Assembly (NCBI GenBank): GCA_963677485.1
Contig: OY781964.1
Span: forward strand, 1,120,001-1,184,000
Source of the DNA: Armatimonadota bacterium
Lineage (GTDB): Bacteria > Armatimonadota > HRBIN16
Length of the DNA stretch: 64,000 nt
Reading direction: 5' to 3'
In this document: positions 11,124-20,327 of the stretch, one piece after another
Numbering within the stretch: position 1 is the stretch's first letter
Layout of the letters: every line of letters starts with the position of its first letter
The notes under the pieces: generated by a model
What the model saw: only the letters and a program-made list of their open reading frames with translations
Told to the model about the DNA's origin: nothing
Database searches by the model: none
Translations under genes and position numbers: made by a program

Positions 11124-11427
11124 GCCTTCGCGTCTTCGCGTGACACATCCGGAGGGAGGCCAACCGGGAGATGGACGTTCCCAGGGTGTCCATTCGTGTC
11201 CATTTGTGTCCATTCGTGGTTGCTTAAATTGTCCATATCTGTGCCATCTGTGTAATCTGTGGATGAACCCTCCCCCTCCGCGTCCTCCGCGTCCTCCGCG
11301 TCTCCGCGTGACACATCCGGACGGGAGGCCAATCGGGAGATTGGCGTTCCCAGGGTGTCCATTCGTGGTTGCATTAAAATGACCCAATCTGCGTAATCTG
11401 TGTAATCTGTGTAATCTGTGGATAAAC
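11124..11427. repeat. Tandemly duplicated composite repeat unit of about 150 bp
   Basis: Two copies of [CGCGTC periodic]-CGCGTGACACATCCGGA-GGGAGGCCAA..GTTCCCAGGGTGTCCATTCGTG-[ATCTGTGTA periodic]-GGAT(G/A)AAC. Confidence 0.8.
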
Positions 11428-11556
11428 ACTCCCTATTCGGCCCGATAAAACACCCGCGCGAACGGGTGAATGACATTCATCGTGCATCGTCGGGTATCCT
11501 TACTATATATGTGTCTCCGATATACCCATCAAACCCCATGAAGTGAGGTCTGTACA

Positions 11557-13005
11557 ATGTTTTTCACTGTCTGCCTGCCCGCTCTAGTAATCTGCCTGCC
11601 TGGTCTCGTGATAGCCGCAATCGCTGTCCGCAAAGATGGTCTTTCACGTGTGCTGCCTCACGGCTGGATCATCAGTGAATCTGCTGTGGCTCTGCTCATT
11701 GTGCTCTCACTGGCCACCAAAGGACCGGCATCCCCGGGCCAGGGACTTTGGGCTCCGCTGCTTCTGGGTGCGTTAGTGGGACGATTGATCACAAAACTGG
11801 CTCTCAATCTGAAGTCACCCAGCGTAGCCGCGAGCGCCATGTTGACTCTCCCAACCTTCGCTCTAGCCGCCCTTTGCCTGCTTCGGCCGGGCTACCCCAC
11901 GCCGGTGGTGCTGGGCTTCACCCTCGGTGCCCTGATCTGCATGGTGCCGATCGGTCTGCATACCGCCCCTGAAAGCTGGGAGCGGCGGCGCATCGAGATA
12001 TCGGCGATGGCATTGGTGCTTGGAGCCGCGGGCGTTTTACTGGGCATGGCCTACCACCCAAAACTGATTCCCGGTGATCCCGCCAGCCTTTTCTGGGGCT
12101 GGCCACTCATGCTGATCGCGCTTGGCGGAATGGCCATGCTGTTCAGCGACTCCCTGAAGGGGATGATCAGATGGAGTGCGGGGGTCACCCTGGTGGCCAC
12201 AGTGGCCTTCCAGCTAGTCAAAGGCAGTACGCTATCGCTCGCTGTTGGCATCGCGACCGCTCTGTTACCCATGCTTCTGTATTGCTGGCTCAATGAGGCT
12301 CAGAAGGGCCTCAGCCCGCGGCCGGTTCGCATCGACACCCCGGCTTTAGCGGGTGGACTGCTGGCGCTCGCTCTGGCTGCCATGGGATTCCGCGATGCCC
12401 GAGGGTATGGGCAGGTGATCGCGGCGGTTCCGCTGCTGATCGTGGCCACCCCCCTGCTGGCACGCTCCATCTCGGGAGCAGCCTTATTACAGCGTCTGCT
12501 TCACAGCATGGTTCTTGTGGTGGTGGCCTTAGCACTGATACGGGTGCCTTTACAGCAGATGCTGCTCTCAGAAAAGATGAACATGCAGTATTTCAATGAC
12601 CTGATCAGCCTGCTGATCGGCACATTCCTGATCACCGCGATGCCTGCCATCGACCTGGAACGCTGGGCGGAATCGGCGTTCGTCAGCCTGGTCACGGTGA
12701 CCATCTATCTCGCCACCCCGTTGGCGCTCATGCTGATCTGGGGTGACCGCGCGATGGTGGCCCTTCTTTCGGGCATGATCGTGGGTATGAGCTTCCGTGC
12801 GATGAAGCTGGAGTCGCTGGGCACATCGGTCGCCGTCTTCCTGGCCATCTTCAGTGCCGCGCTGTTTGGGCCCGTGCTCAGCTACCTGCCAGTCTCTCGA
12901 GGGGTCCAAATCGGATTGGTTGTGGCTATGGCGGTATGCCTGCTTGTGGCCCTTTGGCGCAGCCTGAGGGTGCCAGGAACAATCGGTGAGGAGGCTGCAA
13001 GATGA
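11557..13005 (+). CDS. Polytopic membrane protein of unknown function
   Basis: 482 aa of almost continuous hydrophobic segments. ATGA overlap with the next gene. Confidence 0.75.
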   Translation: MFFTVCLPALVICLPGLVIAAIAVRKDGLSRVLPHGWIISESAVALLIVLSLATKGPASPGQGLWAPLLLGALVGRLITKLALNLKSPSVAASAMLTLPTFALAALCLLRPGYPTPVVLGFTLGALICMVPIGLHTAPESWERRRIEISAMALVLGAAGVLLGMAYHPKLIPGDPASLFWGWPLMLIALGGMAMLFSDSLKGMIRWSAGVTLVATVAFQLVKGSTLSLAVGIATALLPMLLYCWLNEAQKGLSPRPVRIDTPALAGGLLALALAAMGFRDARGYGQVIAAVPLLIVATPLLARSISGAALLQRLLHSMVLVVVALALIRVPLQQMLLSEKMNMQYFNDLISLLIGTFLITAMPAIDLERWAESAFVSLVTVTIYLATPLALMLIWGDRAMVALLSGMIVGMSFRAMKLESLGTSVAVFLAIFSAALFGPVLSYLPVSRGVQIGLVVAMAVCLLVALWRSLRVPGTIGEEAAR

Positions 13006-16000
13006 ACCTTAGCCCCCTTGGCAAGCTACTCAGTCTGCTGCTGCTCATCTCATTCGCTGTCATCATGGCGGTGCTGGTGCAGAGTGAGCCCTCGCGCGGC
13101 AATCTAGACATCACCTTAATAGCCAGGGATACGAACGAACCGCTGGCTGATGCCAAGCTGATCATCTATTCCTCCAAAGACTACAGGCGTTTGGCCGCGA
13201 CCACCGACCAGCATGGCTGCTGCCGGTTCATCCGTATGTTACCCGACGACTATACGATGAATTTCGATGTCCAGGCAGGGTATGATGCTCCGACAGAGAA
13301 AGTCATTATTGAATCGGGCACAGAGAAGAGTTATACCTTCACCTTGAAACCGACGCAGCCAAACCTTTCTATCAGCAGTCCCAATGAGTGCTTCCTGCCG
13401 GACAAGAAGTTGCAACTGCGTATCAGCGGCATCACCGCAAAGCCTAAGGGCGAAATGGTGCTTTACCAACTGCAAGGCGATCTCCTGTACCAGTATTTGA
13501 AGCAAGGTCAGCGCATGAGCAATGTGCTGACAGAAGCGGCCAGGGGCTCTGACCCCTCCGCATCACCGTCATTAAAGGAGATCAGGCGCAGCAAGTTGCT
13601 TCTACACCAGCGAAGGGGTTCCGGAGCCGTCAACCAACGCCTGCCCATCGATGCTCTGGGTGCGGGCGTTTACCTGGTAGTGGCTAAAACGCCAGATGCC
13701 CGCAGCGCATTCATGATCACCGTGACACGCCTGGGCCTCGTCATGAAGCACGCACGCAACAGCCTGGTAGTATATTGCGTCGATCTGCAGAATGGCAAGC
13801 CTCTGCGTGATGTGGACATAGAGGTGCTGGACAACGGAAGCACACCCCCGCCCCATCTGCAGCCTATTGAGGGCACATCGAGGTCGGAGTTCGTCACCCC
13901 TCAGGACGTGCCGGTCGTCGCCTCTGGACAGAGTGACCGCAACGGGCTGTTTACAAAGTATTTGGCCCCGAGCAGCGAGCCCCGACGTTTTACCGTCAAC
14001 GCGTTTTATGAAGATCAGTTGGCGGTATGTACTCCCGATACCAGCATGGATGCCCCGCATGTCGATCCCACATTGCGTGGAAATGTGGTGTTTGACCGTC
14101 CCGTGTATCGGCCCGGTCAAAGGGTCTATTACAAGATGTTTGCGCGGCGAGTGGCGGATGGCCGCGGCACGTCCCCCGGCTCGCAGCCTGTCACGGTCAA
14201 AATCAGCGACTCGAACGATATGGAGATATGGAGCGGAACGAAAACACTGAGTGACTGGGGTACTCTGTCTGGCGATTTCGTGCTGCCAGAGTGGGCTCAG
14301 GCTGGAACTTACACCGTGGAGGTGCGGATGCGCGACGGCAGCTTCTCCAGCTCAATCGCAGTGTCCGAATACCGCAAACCGGAGATGACGGTGGCCTTGA
14401 TCCCACAGACGGAACGCGCGATTCAAGGGCAGCCGCTGACGGTGAAAGCTCAAGTGCGCAGCTTCTATGGCACTCCGATAGCCGGGGCAAAGGTGGATCT
14501 GTCATACAATGTGGAGCGTCAGGGGTTCTATGAGTTTGACAGGAACTCAAGCCTGTATCCAAGCGGCAATGATGGGTTGAATGAGACTCTCACCACCGAC
14601 GCCTCAGGTGACGCAGTTTTCAAGATAAGCACCGATGTCAGCTCCTTCTATTCATCAGGCACGCCTCCGAAGGCTGACTACGAGATGAGGCTTGGTGCCA
14701 GCGTGACCCAGGGTAACCAGATGGAGTTCGCCAGCAGCTCGGTGATGCTGGCCCAGGGCGAGTTTGATCTGCATGTAAATTGTGATCGGCTGTTCTGCGC
14801 CCGCAACGAGCCCATGGCTGCAGAAATCTCCGCACTGACACCGGATGGGAAGCCGATACTGGCTATGTCTGGTCAGGCCGAAATCATTCTCAACGAACTC
14901 ACAAATGACGGCCAGTCCCAGCCGAAGCTGCTTAATACGGTCAAGTGGGCGGCAGACAGCCGCGGTAAGGCGCAAATCAGCATCCCCACCAATAAACCGG
15001 GTGACATCATGCTGCGGGTCACCACCACAGATACCGAAGGTCGGCAAATCACATCCGAGCAGTGGCTTTATGTGCTGTCAAACGATGAAAACCTCTATGA
15101 ACCGTCTGTCACCCAACTTGAGGTGATGCTGGACAAACAGAAATACCTGCCTGGCGACACTGCCAGGGTGTTGGTGAAGGCCGCACCGTCCTGCCAGTAT
15201 GTGATGGCCACAGTCGAAGGGCGTGAGGTGAGTGACCCGCGCGTGATCGAGATGCATAACGGCGTCGGGAGCTTCACCCTGCCTGTCACCGCGGAGATGC
15301 TGCCCGGAGTGGTGATCGGTGCTGTGACGGTCGACAAGCAGCAGCTCATGCAGTCAAGCCAAAACCTGGTGGTTGACCGAAAGCAACAGACGATGCAGGT
15401 GACCGTCACCCCCACCAAGCCCGTCATGGCTCCTGGGGAGATGGCCAGCGTCCTGTTGCGGACAACGAACGCACAGGGTCAGCCGGTGCCGGCTGAGGTG
15501 TGCATCGGTGCCGTTGATGAGGCGATTTACAGCATCAGCGAAGACTACACCACTCCGATGGAGCAGGTGCTGTTCCCTGATGTCTACAGCGAGGTGAGCA
15601 CGACAAGCTCCTTCGACACCTACTACTACTCTGGTGACGGTAAGAGTGACCCCAACCGCCTTCGCCAGCGGTTCCGTGACACCGCCTACTGGAACCCGGC
15701 GGTGATGACAGACGAAAAAGGTGAGGCCACCATCAGCTTCCGGCTTCCCGATAACCTCACCACCTGGCGGCTGACCGCACGGGCCCTGTCTTACGACGCA
15801 CTGAGCGGACAAGGCGTGGGCCGGATCGAGGTGACTAAGAGCCTCATTACACGCCTGGACGCCCCTCGCTTTATGGTGCAGGGCGACACCGCGCGGCTGA
15901 TGGCTGTGGTTCAGAACAACAGTAAAGCGGCCATCAAGGCGAATCTGCGGGTGAATATCACCGGAGCCGCCAGCTATAGCAAGGATACCGAACTGTCCAT

Positions 16001-17642
16001 CAAGGCGGGTGAGGTGGGCATGATGCCAGTGGAACTGCGAGCTGACCGCAGCGGAGAACTCCGCATGGAGATATCGGCCACCGCCGGTGCCCATCATGAC
16101 GGCGTTCTGACCAGACTTGAGGTGATCCCTCGCGCGGTTTCCGAAGTTCAAGGCTTCAACCTTGGCCAAGGCAGCGCTGACCAGGTGACGCTCAAGCCGC
16201 CAGCGGGTTCCATTCTGCCTGACCATGCGCTCACTCTGAGGGTCAGCCCCAGCCTGGCAGGCAGCCTTACAGGTGGGCTTGAGTTCTTGAAAAACTATCC
16301 GTATGGGTGTGTGGAGCAGACCACCAGCTCCTTCCTGCCGGCTCTGGTGAGCCGCGATCTACAGCAAAAGATGGGTCTGCCTGAGGACCCGGAGCTAAAG
16401 CGCATCGGCATGATGGGGGTATCACGGCTCACCTCCCAAACCAGCGACTACACCTGGGGCTGGTGGGAATACGGCAGCAAGGATCCCTGGATGACGGCTT
16501 ATGCGCTGTTTGGGTTGATGGAGACCTACAAAGCCGGTTGGCATTTCAGTCGGCAAAACCCCACCGAATGGGGCGACGGACTGGTACAGCTCACAAATGA
16601 AAAAGGCTACGATGCCCGCGAAACACTGGTGGCGTATGTGCTGGCTTGTACCACCACCCACCGTGACCGCGCCAGGGAATTGCTTGATAAGCTGCCCTCG
16701 CTGAAGAAGCCACTGCCCGATGCCTCGCAGTGGGCCATCGCCTGCCTGGCTTACCTTGAACTGGGAGATAAGGCTAGAGCCCAGCAGGCTTTCGATTCGG
16801 CCAACAAGGCGTTACGGCGCGGCACGGACTGGAGCGGAAGCCGTGTGGAGGAGCTGGGCTGTATGCTCTGGGCTGGAAGCAATCTAGGCTTGCCGGTCAG
16901 CCAGATGCGGCCACTGCTTGATCAGCTCGCCATCGCGCGCAGAGGCGAGGGATGGTACAGCACCCGTGATACCGCCTTCGCGCTGATCGGGATCAGCCGA
17001 TACATGACGACCTATGAAGAGCTATCTGAGAACCGGGAAGCCACGATCAAGCTCAACGGGAAACAACTGTTCCAGAAGAGCTTCGGTCAGCAGGACCTCT
17101 TCCGTCCAGAGACGGTGTTCCAACCTGAGTCGCTCCGCTTAGCGGATGGTGTTGTAAAGCTGCAAGTGCAGCGGAAGGGCTCGGTTCACATCAGCGGATC
17201 GTTGAAGTATCTCAATACGCAGATGCAGCCCGAATCTATACCCGGCTTGAGCATCAAACGCAGCATCAAGCCCGTACAGGGTCAATCACTGCCTGGTGGA
17301 GTGTTGAAGCAGGGGCAGGTCTATCGCGTGACTATCCGCCTGACGGCGACAAAGACATTCCGCAACCTGATGGTGCAGTGTCCGGTGCCAGCCGGTTTGG
17401 AGCCAATAGACCGTGGGAAAATCACTAGCTGGGAGTGGGACAACTGGTGGGACACGCAGGTCACCGGTGAACGCGAGGTGGCGATGGCGGTTCGCTGGCT
17501 TGATAAGGGCACCCGCGAGATGAGCTTTGTGATGAAGGCCTCTACCTCCGGGCATTTCGACGCCTTGCCTGTGGTCGTCACCGATATGTATGAGCCGCAG
17601 ATACGGGCCACCACACCGGCCGATTGGGTGACCATCCGGTGA
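13002..17642 (+). CDS. Bacterial alpha-2-macroglobulin family protein (MG2 domains, thioester motif)
   Basis: FDRPVYRPGQ, VSEYRKPE, DKQKYLPGD, AVDEAIY, RFRDTAYWNP, LPDNLTTWRLTA, thioester YPYGCVEQ (16308-16319), W.STRDTA, DMYEP. Confidence 0.93.
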   Translation: MNLSPLGKLLSLLLLISFAVIMAVLVQSEPSRGNLDITLIARDTNEPLADAKLIIYSSKDYRRLAATTDQHGCCRFIRMLPDDYTMNFDVQAGYDAPTEKVIIESGTEKSYTFTLKPTQPNLSISSPNECFLPDKKLQLRISGITAKPKGEMVLYQLQGDLLYQYLKQGQRMSNVLTEAARGSDPSASPSLKEIRRSKLLLHQRRGSGAVNQRLPIDALGAGVYLVVAKTPDARSAFMITVTRLGLVMKHARNSLVVYCVDLQNGKPLRDVDIEVLDNGSTPPPHLQPIEGTSRSEFVTPQDVPVVASGQSDRNGLFTKYLAPSSEPRRFTVNAFYEDQLAVCTPDTSMDAPHVDPTLRGNVVFDRPVYRPGQRVYYKMFARRVADGRGTSPGSQPVTVKISDSNDMEIWSGTKTLSDWGTLSGDFVLPEWAQAGTYTVEVRMRDGSFSSSIAVSEYRKPEMTVALIPQTERAIQGQPLTVKAQVRSFYGTPIAGAKVDLSYNVERQGFYEFDRNSSLYPSGNDGLNETLTTDASGDAVFKISTDVSSFYSSGTPPKADYEMRLGASVTQGNQMEFASSSVMLAQGEFDLHVNCDRLFCARNEPMAAEISALTPDGKPILAMSGQAEIILNELTNDGQSQPKLLNTVKWAADSRGKAQISIPTNKPGDIMLRVTTTDTEGRQITSEQWLYVLSNDENLYEPSVTQLEVMLDKQKYLPGDTARVLVKAAPSCQYVMATVEGREVSDPRVIEMHNGVGSFTLPVTAEMLPGVVIGAVTVDKQQLMQSSQNLVVDRKQQTMQVTVTPTKPVMAPGEMASVLLRTTNAQGQPVPAEVCIGAVDEAIYSISEDYTTPMEQVLFPDVYSEVSTTSSFDTYYYSGDGKSDPNRLRQRFRDTAYWNPAVMTDEKGEATISFRLPDNLTTWRLTARALSYDALSGQGVGRIEVTKSLITRLDAPRFMVQGDTARLMAVVQNNSKAAIKANLRVNITGAASYSKDTELSIKAGEVGMMPVELRADRSGELRMEISATAGAHHDGVLTRLEVIPRAVSEVQGFNLGQGSADQVTLKPPAGSILPDHALTLRVSPSLAGSLTGGLEFLKNYPYGCVEQTTSSFLPALVSRDLQQKMGLPEDPELKRIGMMGVSRLTSQTSDYTWGWWEYGSKDPWMTAYALFGLMETYKAGWHFSRQNPTEWGDGLVQLTNEKGYDARETLVAYVLACTTTHRDRARELLDKLPSLKKPLPDASQWAIACLAYLELGDKARAQQAFDSANKALRRGTDWSGSRVEELGCMLWAGSNLGLPVSQMRPLLDQLAIARRGEGWYSTRDTAFALIGISRYMTTYEELSENREATIKLNGKQLFQKSFGQQDLFRPETVFQPESLRLADGVVKLQVQRKGSVHISGSLKYLNTQMQPESIPGLSIKRSIKPVQGQSLPGGVLKQGQVYRVTIRLTATKTFRNLMVQCPVPAGLEPIDRGKITSWEWDNWWDTQVTGEREVAMAVRWLDKGTREMSFVMKASTSGHFDALPVVVTDMYEPQIRATTPADWVTIR

Positions 17643-18415
17643 AATACCAAATTCCGATGGTGCTATCGGGCCTGTTGCTGGCGGGTGCATTGCTGGGCTG
17701 GGTGCTACATCCTGAGCCAGCAGCACCCACAGCCAGCGTGCTGGGGCAGTATTACACGCCGTTAACACAACGCACCGCAGGCCAGCGACTCAACTGCGTC
17801 AGGGCTGCCTCTGCACTGGAGGGCAAGCTGATACAACCGGGCGGCACGCTCTCCTTCAATCACACGGTGGGGCAATGGACGGCCTCACGCGGCTACGTTC
17901 AAGCCCCGGTAAGCTACGATGGGCAGATGGAGATCGACTGGGGAGGCGGCGTGTGCCAGACCAGCAGTGCGCTGTATAACGCCGCGCTGATAGCGGGTCT
18001 GGACATCGTGCAGCGGCACCCTCATAACTGGGCACCAACCTACGCACCGGTCGGCAGAGACGCGGCAGTGGCCCAACCCGGCGTCGACCTGGTGCTGCAT
18101 AACCCCCACCCTTACCCCGTGCGACTGCACTGCACCCAGCAACGCGATGGGCTGGTGATGCAGATACTTGGCAGGGAAGCCGGGCCGATGGCCAGTGTCA
18201 GCAGCGATGTGAGTGCCTGGGCCCAACCCAGCACGGTTCTTCGGTATAACCGGCACATCGCCACTGGCAGCCGGAAGGTGGTCAACAAAGGGATGCCCGG
18301 CCTGCGCGCATTTACCACGCGACGCTTCATCAAAGGCCCGCGGGCGGGCCAGACCGAGCGGCTGGGCCTGAGTGTGTACCCTGTCATGAACCGGCTGGTA
18401 CTTGAGGGTCGATAA
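17639..18415 (+). CDS. VanW family protein with C-terminal G5-like segment
   Basis: PGGTLSFNHTVG, GGGVCQTSSALYNAAL, RHPHN, GRDAAV. GTGA overlap with the A2M stop codon. Confidence 0.9.
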   Translation: MKYQIPMVLSGLLLAGALLGWVLHPEPAAPTASVLGQYYTPLTQRTAGQRLNCVRAASALEGKLIQPGGTLSFNHTVGQWTASRGYVQAPVSYDGQMEIDWGGGVCQTSSALYNAALIAGLDIVQRHPHNWAPTYAPVGRDAAVAQPGVDLVLHNPHPYPVRLHCTQQRDGLVMQILGREAGPMASVSSDVSAWAQPSTVLRYNRHIATGSRKVVNKGMPGLRAFTTRRFIKGPRAGQTERLGLSVYPVMNRLVLEGR

Positions 18416-18427
18416 GGGGTTTTTTTT

Positions 18428-18630
18428 CTCACGCGGAGACGCGGAGGTCGCGGAGGGGATTCAAACGCAAAGGGGTATCTCCTGGGCACGCCAATCGCCT
18501 GATTGGCCTCCCTTCCCATCCGAGCCCATCCGTGTCATCCGTGAAATCCGTGGTTCAGACAAATGACCGGTATATTCACATATCTTTGCTCTTTGCGTTG
18601 AATCCTATCCACCTACCCGTGGTTCAGATC
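18428..18630. repeat. Nested repeat mosaic between convergent genes
   Basis: CACGCGGAGACGCGGAGG; an AACGCAAAG...CTTTGCGTTGAATCC inverted pair; a GCCAATC..GATTGGC palindrome; and ATCCGTGGTTCAGACAA. Confidence 0.75.
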
Positions 18631-18661
18631 TATAGCCCGCGCCGGTTCTGGGTGCCGGGGC

Positions 18662-19804
18662 CTACTTCACCTTCATCACCGCCGGTGTGGTGGTGATGTC
18701 CAGCCGGTTCAGCTTCGGGTCGTAGCTGCACTTCACGCTCGGCAGCGACTTCAACGCCTGCCAGGGCAGATAGAGTGTGCCCGCCTTCGCCACCACCTTC
18801 GCAGGCAGGGCGATCCGCTTGCCGTCCATAATGAAGGCCTTCTCGCCCGCCGTCGCGCTGAGTTTGTGGGTTTTCGTCAGCGCCTTTAACCAGCCGATGG
18901 GCACATCAGTGCTCTGTCCTGTGCGCAGCATTTGTCCGTCACACATCACGCGCAATCCCACTTGTTTGCCAAACGCCGGTTTCGATTCCCCAGTGCCTCC
19001 AAGCCATTGATCACGATCGTCAAACACGCTGCCGTCTACCGCGTTGACATAGACGTTATACCCTTCACCCCATTGGTCCTCCGGGTTAGCGGCCACTGTT
19101 TGCACCTCATAGAAGAACTTCCATACCGGCTGCCAAACACCAAAATTATCTGGTTGCTGAATGAGTAATTGGTTTTGGTAAATCGTAGAAAGCGAATAAG
19201 TGATGGGTTCAGAGTAAAGCCCTGTCAGGTAGTTCTGGGCGATTGACAGAGCTTGTTTCTTGGCGATTGACGTGCTGCCTGTGTAGGCCGGGGTGGCAAT
19301 CTTCATTCTGTGGAAAATATGAGGTATTCCGTCAGAATTTACTATAACCTCTATGGTGTTGTAGTAATCCAGGAGCTCACTTGTTTGTTTACGGTAATAC
19401 CAGCCAGGCGCAATCTTCTGATACTGGGTAAGCAATGGTGTTAAGGCATGGTTGTTCAGAAACTGGCTAACAACCGACTCATACTGCGGTTTTGTTGGTA
19501 ACATCATGTCCATATTTTTCGTTCGCGGGGATCTCCAGATGACGGTATTATCAACTGCATCAACTCTATAGTTTACTCCGCCTTGTGTCGTGTATTCATG
19601 ATACGGATTAGCTACGCAACCGCCAATTGAATCAAGTAACCTGTGATCAGTTACTGTCTCAACGAATTGCAGCTCAAGTGTTGGGTCCTTCTCAAATGCT
19701 CGGATGGCACGCTCTGCACCGGGAAATGGGGCACATAATCCACAAACGCCTATGACGGTCAGACATGATATGGTGAGCAATAGCTTTATGATCTTCATTC
19801 CCAT
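18662..19804 (-). CDS. Secreted hypothetical protein with PepSY-like segment and C-terminal copper-amine-oxidase-N-like domain
   Basis: Signal peptide, SIAKKQALSIAQ...VYVNAVDGSV, and C-terminal MDGKRIALPAKVVAKAGTLYLP...SYD. GAGGAGG RBS. Confidence 0.65.
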   Translation of the reverse strand: MGMKIIKLLLTISCLTVIGVCGLCAPFPGAERAIRAFEKDPTLELQFVETVTDHRLLDSIGGCVANPYHEYTTQGGVNYRVDAVDNTVIWRSPRTKNMDMMLPTKPQYESVVSQFLNNHALTPLLTQYQKIAPGWYYRKQTSELLDYYNTIEVIVNSDGIPHIFHRMKIATPAYTGSTSIAKKQALSIAQNYLTGLYSEPITYSLSTIYQNQLLIQQPDNFGVWQPVWKFFYEVQTVAANPEDQWGEGYNVYVNAVDGSVFDDRDQWLGGTGESKPAFGKQVGLRVMCDGQMLRTGQSTDVPIGWLKALTKTHKLSATAGEKAFIMDGKRIALPAKVVAKAGTLYLPWQALKSLPSVKCSYDPKLNRLDITTTPAVMKVK

Positions 19805-19959
19805 TCCTCCTCGATTTAACCGGCTACCTGGCTTCAGATGCTGTCCATCACAGCTTGAAAACGCCCGCTATGTGCTCAGTGTACCCGATACGTTTTGCGA
19901 TTCAAGAGGTTTTGGGGACGAATTCTTGAAACGGATCTGGTTTTCTGGGTTTGGTGGGT

Positions 19960-20322
19960 GGGGGGATTCCAACGCAAAGGCGCAAGGGTGCAAAGACGCA
20001 AAGGGGGGAGCCGGTCCGGGAATGCCAATCGCATGATTGACCTCCCTCCCATCCGAACCCATCCATGTCATCCGTGGTTCAGACAAACCGGTGGAGCATG
20101 AACCTTAGCGCCATTGCCCCTTTGCGTCTTTGCGTTGGATCCCTCTGTGTCATCCGTGGTTCAAGCAACTACCGTGTCAAGTGACAACCACCGAAAAAAA
20201 GACCGGCGCGGTCTTGAGACATCCGCAGACGCTAACGTACCGCCAGACCGCCCCGGACATAGCCGATCAAGTTGTGAAGCGGTCAAGAACCCTTCGCGCC
20301 TTCGCGTCTTCGCGTGAGACTC
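19960..20322. repeat. Nested repeat mosaic
   Basis: AACGCAAAGGCGCAAG.. / ..CTTTGCGTCTTTGCGTTGG inverted pair; ATCCGTGGTTCAGACAA; AGACCGGCGCGGTCTTGA..CCAGACCGCCCCGGACATAG; CTTCGCGCCTTCGCGTCTTCGCGTGAG. Confidence 0.75.
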
Positions 20323-20327
20323 CCCCC

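Noticed and set aside
11124-11427. Possible CRISPR array or small ORFs (10982-11476, 11052-11429, 11122-11382)
   Set aside because: There is no constant repeat with unique, equal-length spacers and no cas genes. The ORFs are low-complexity translations of periodic repeats.
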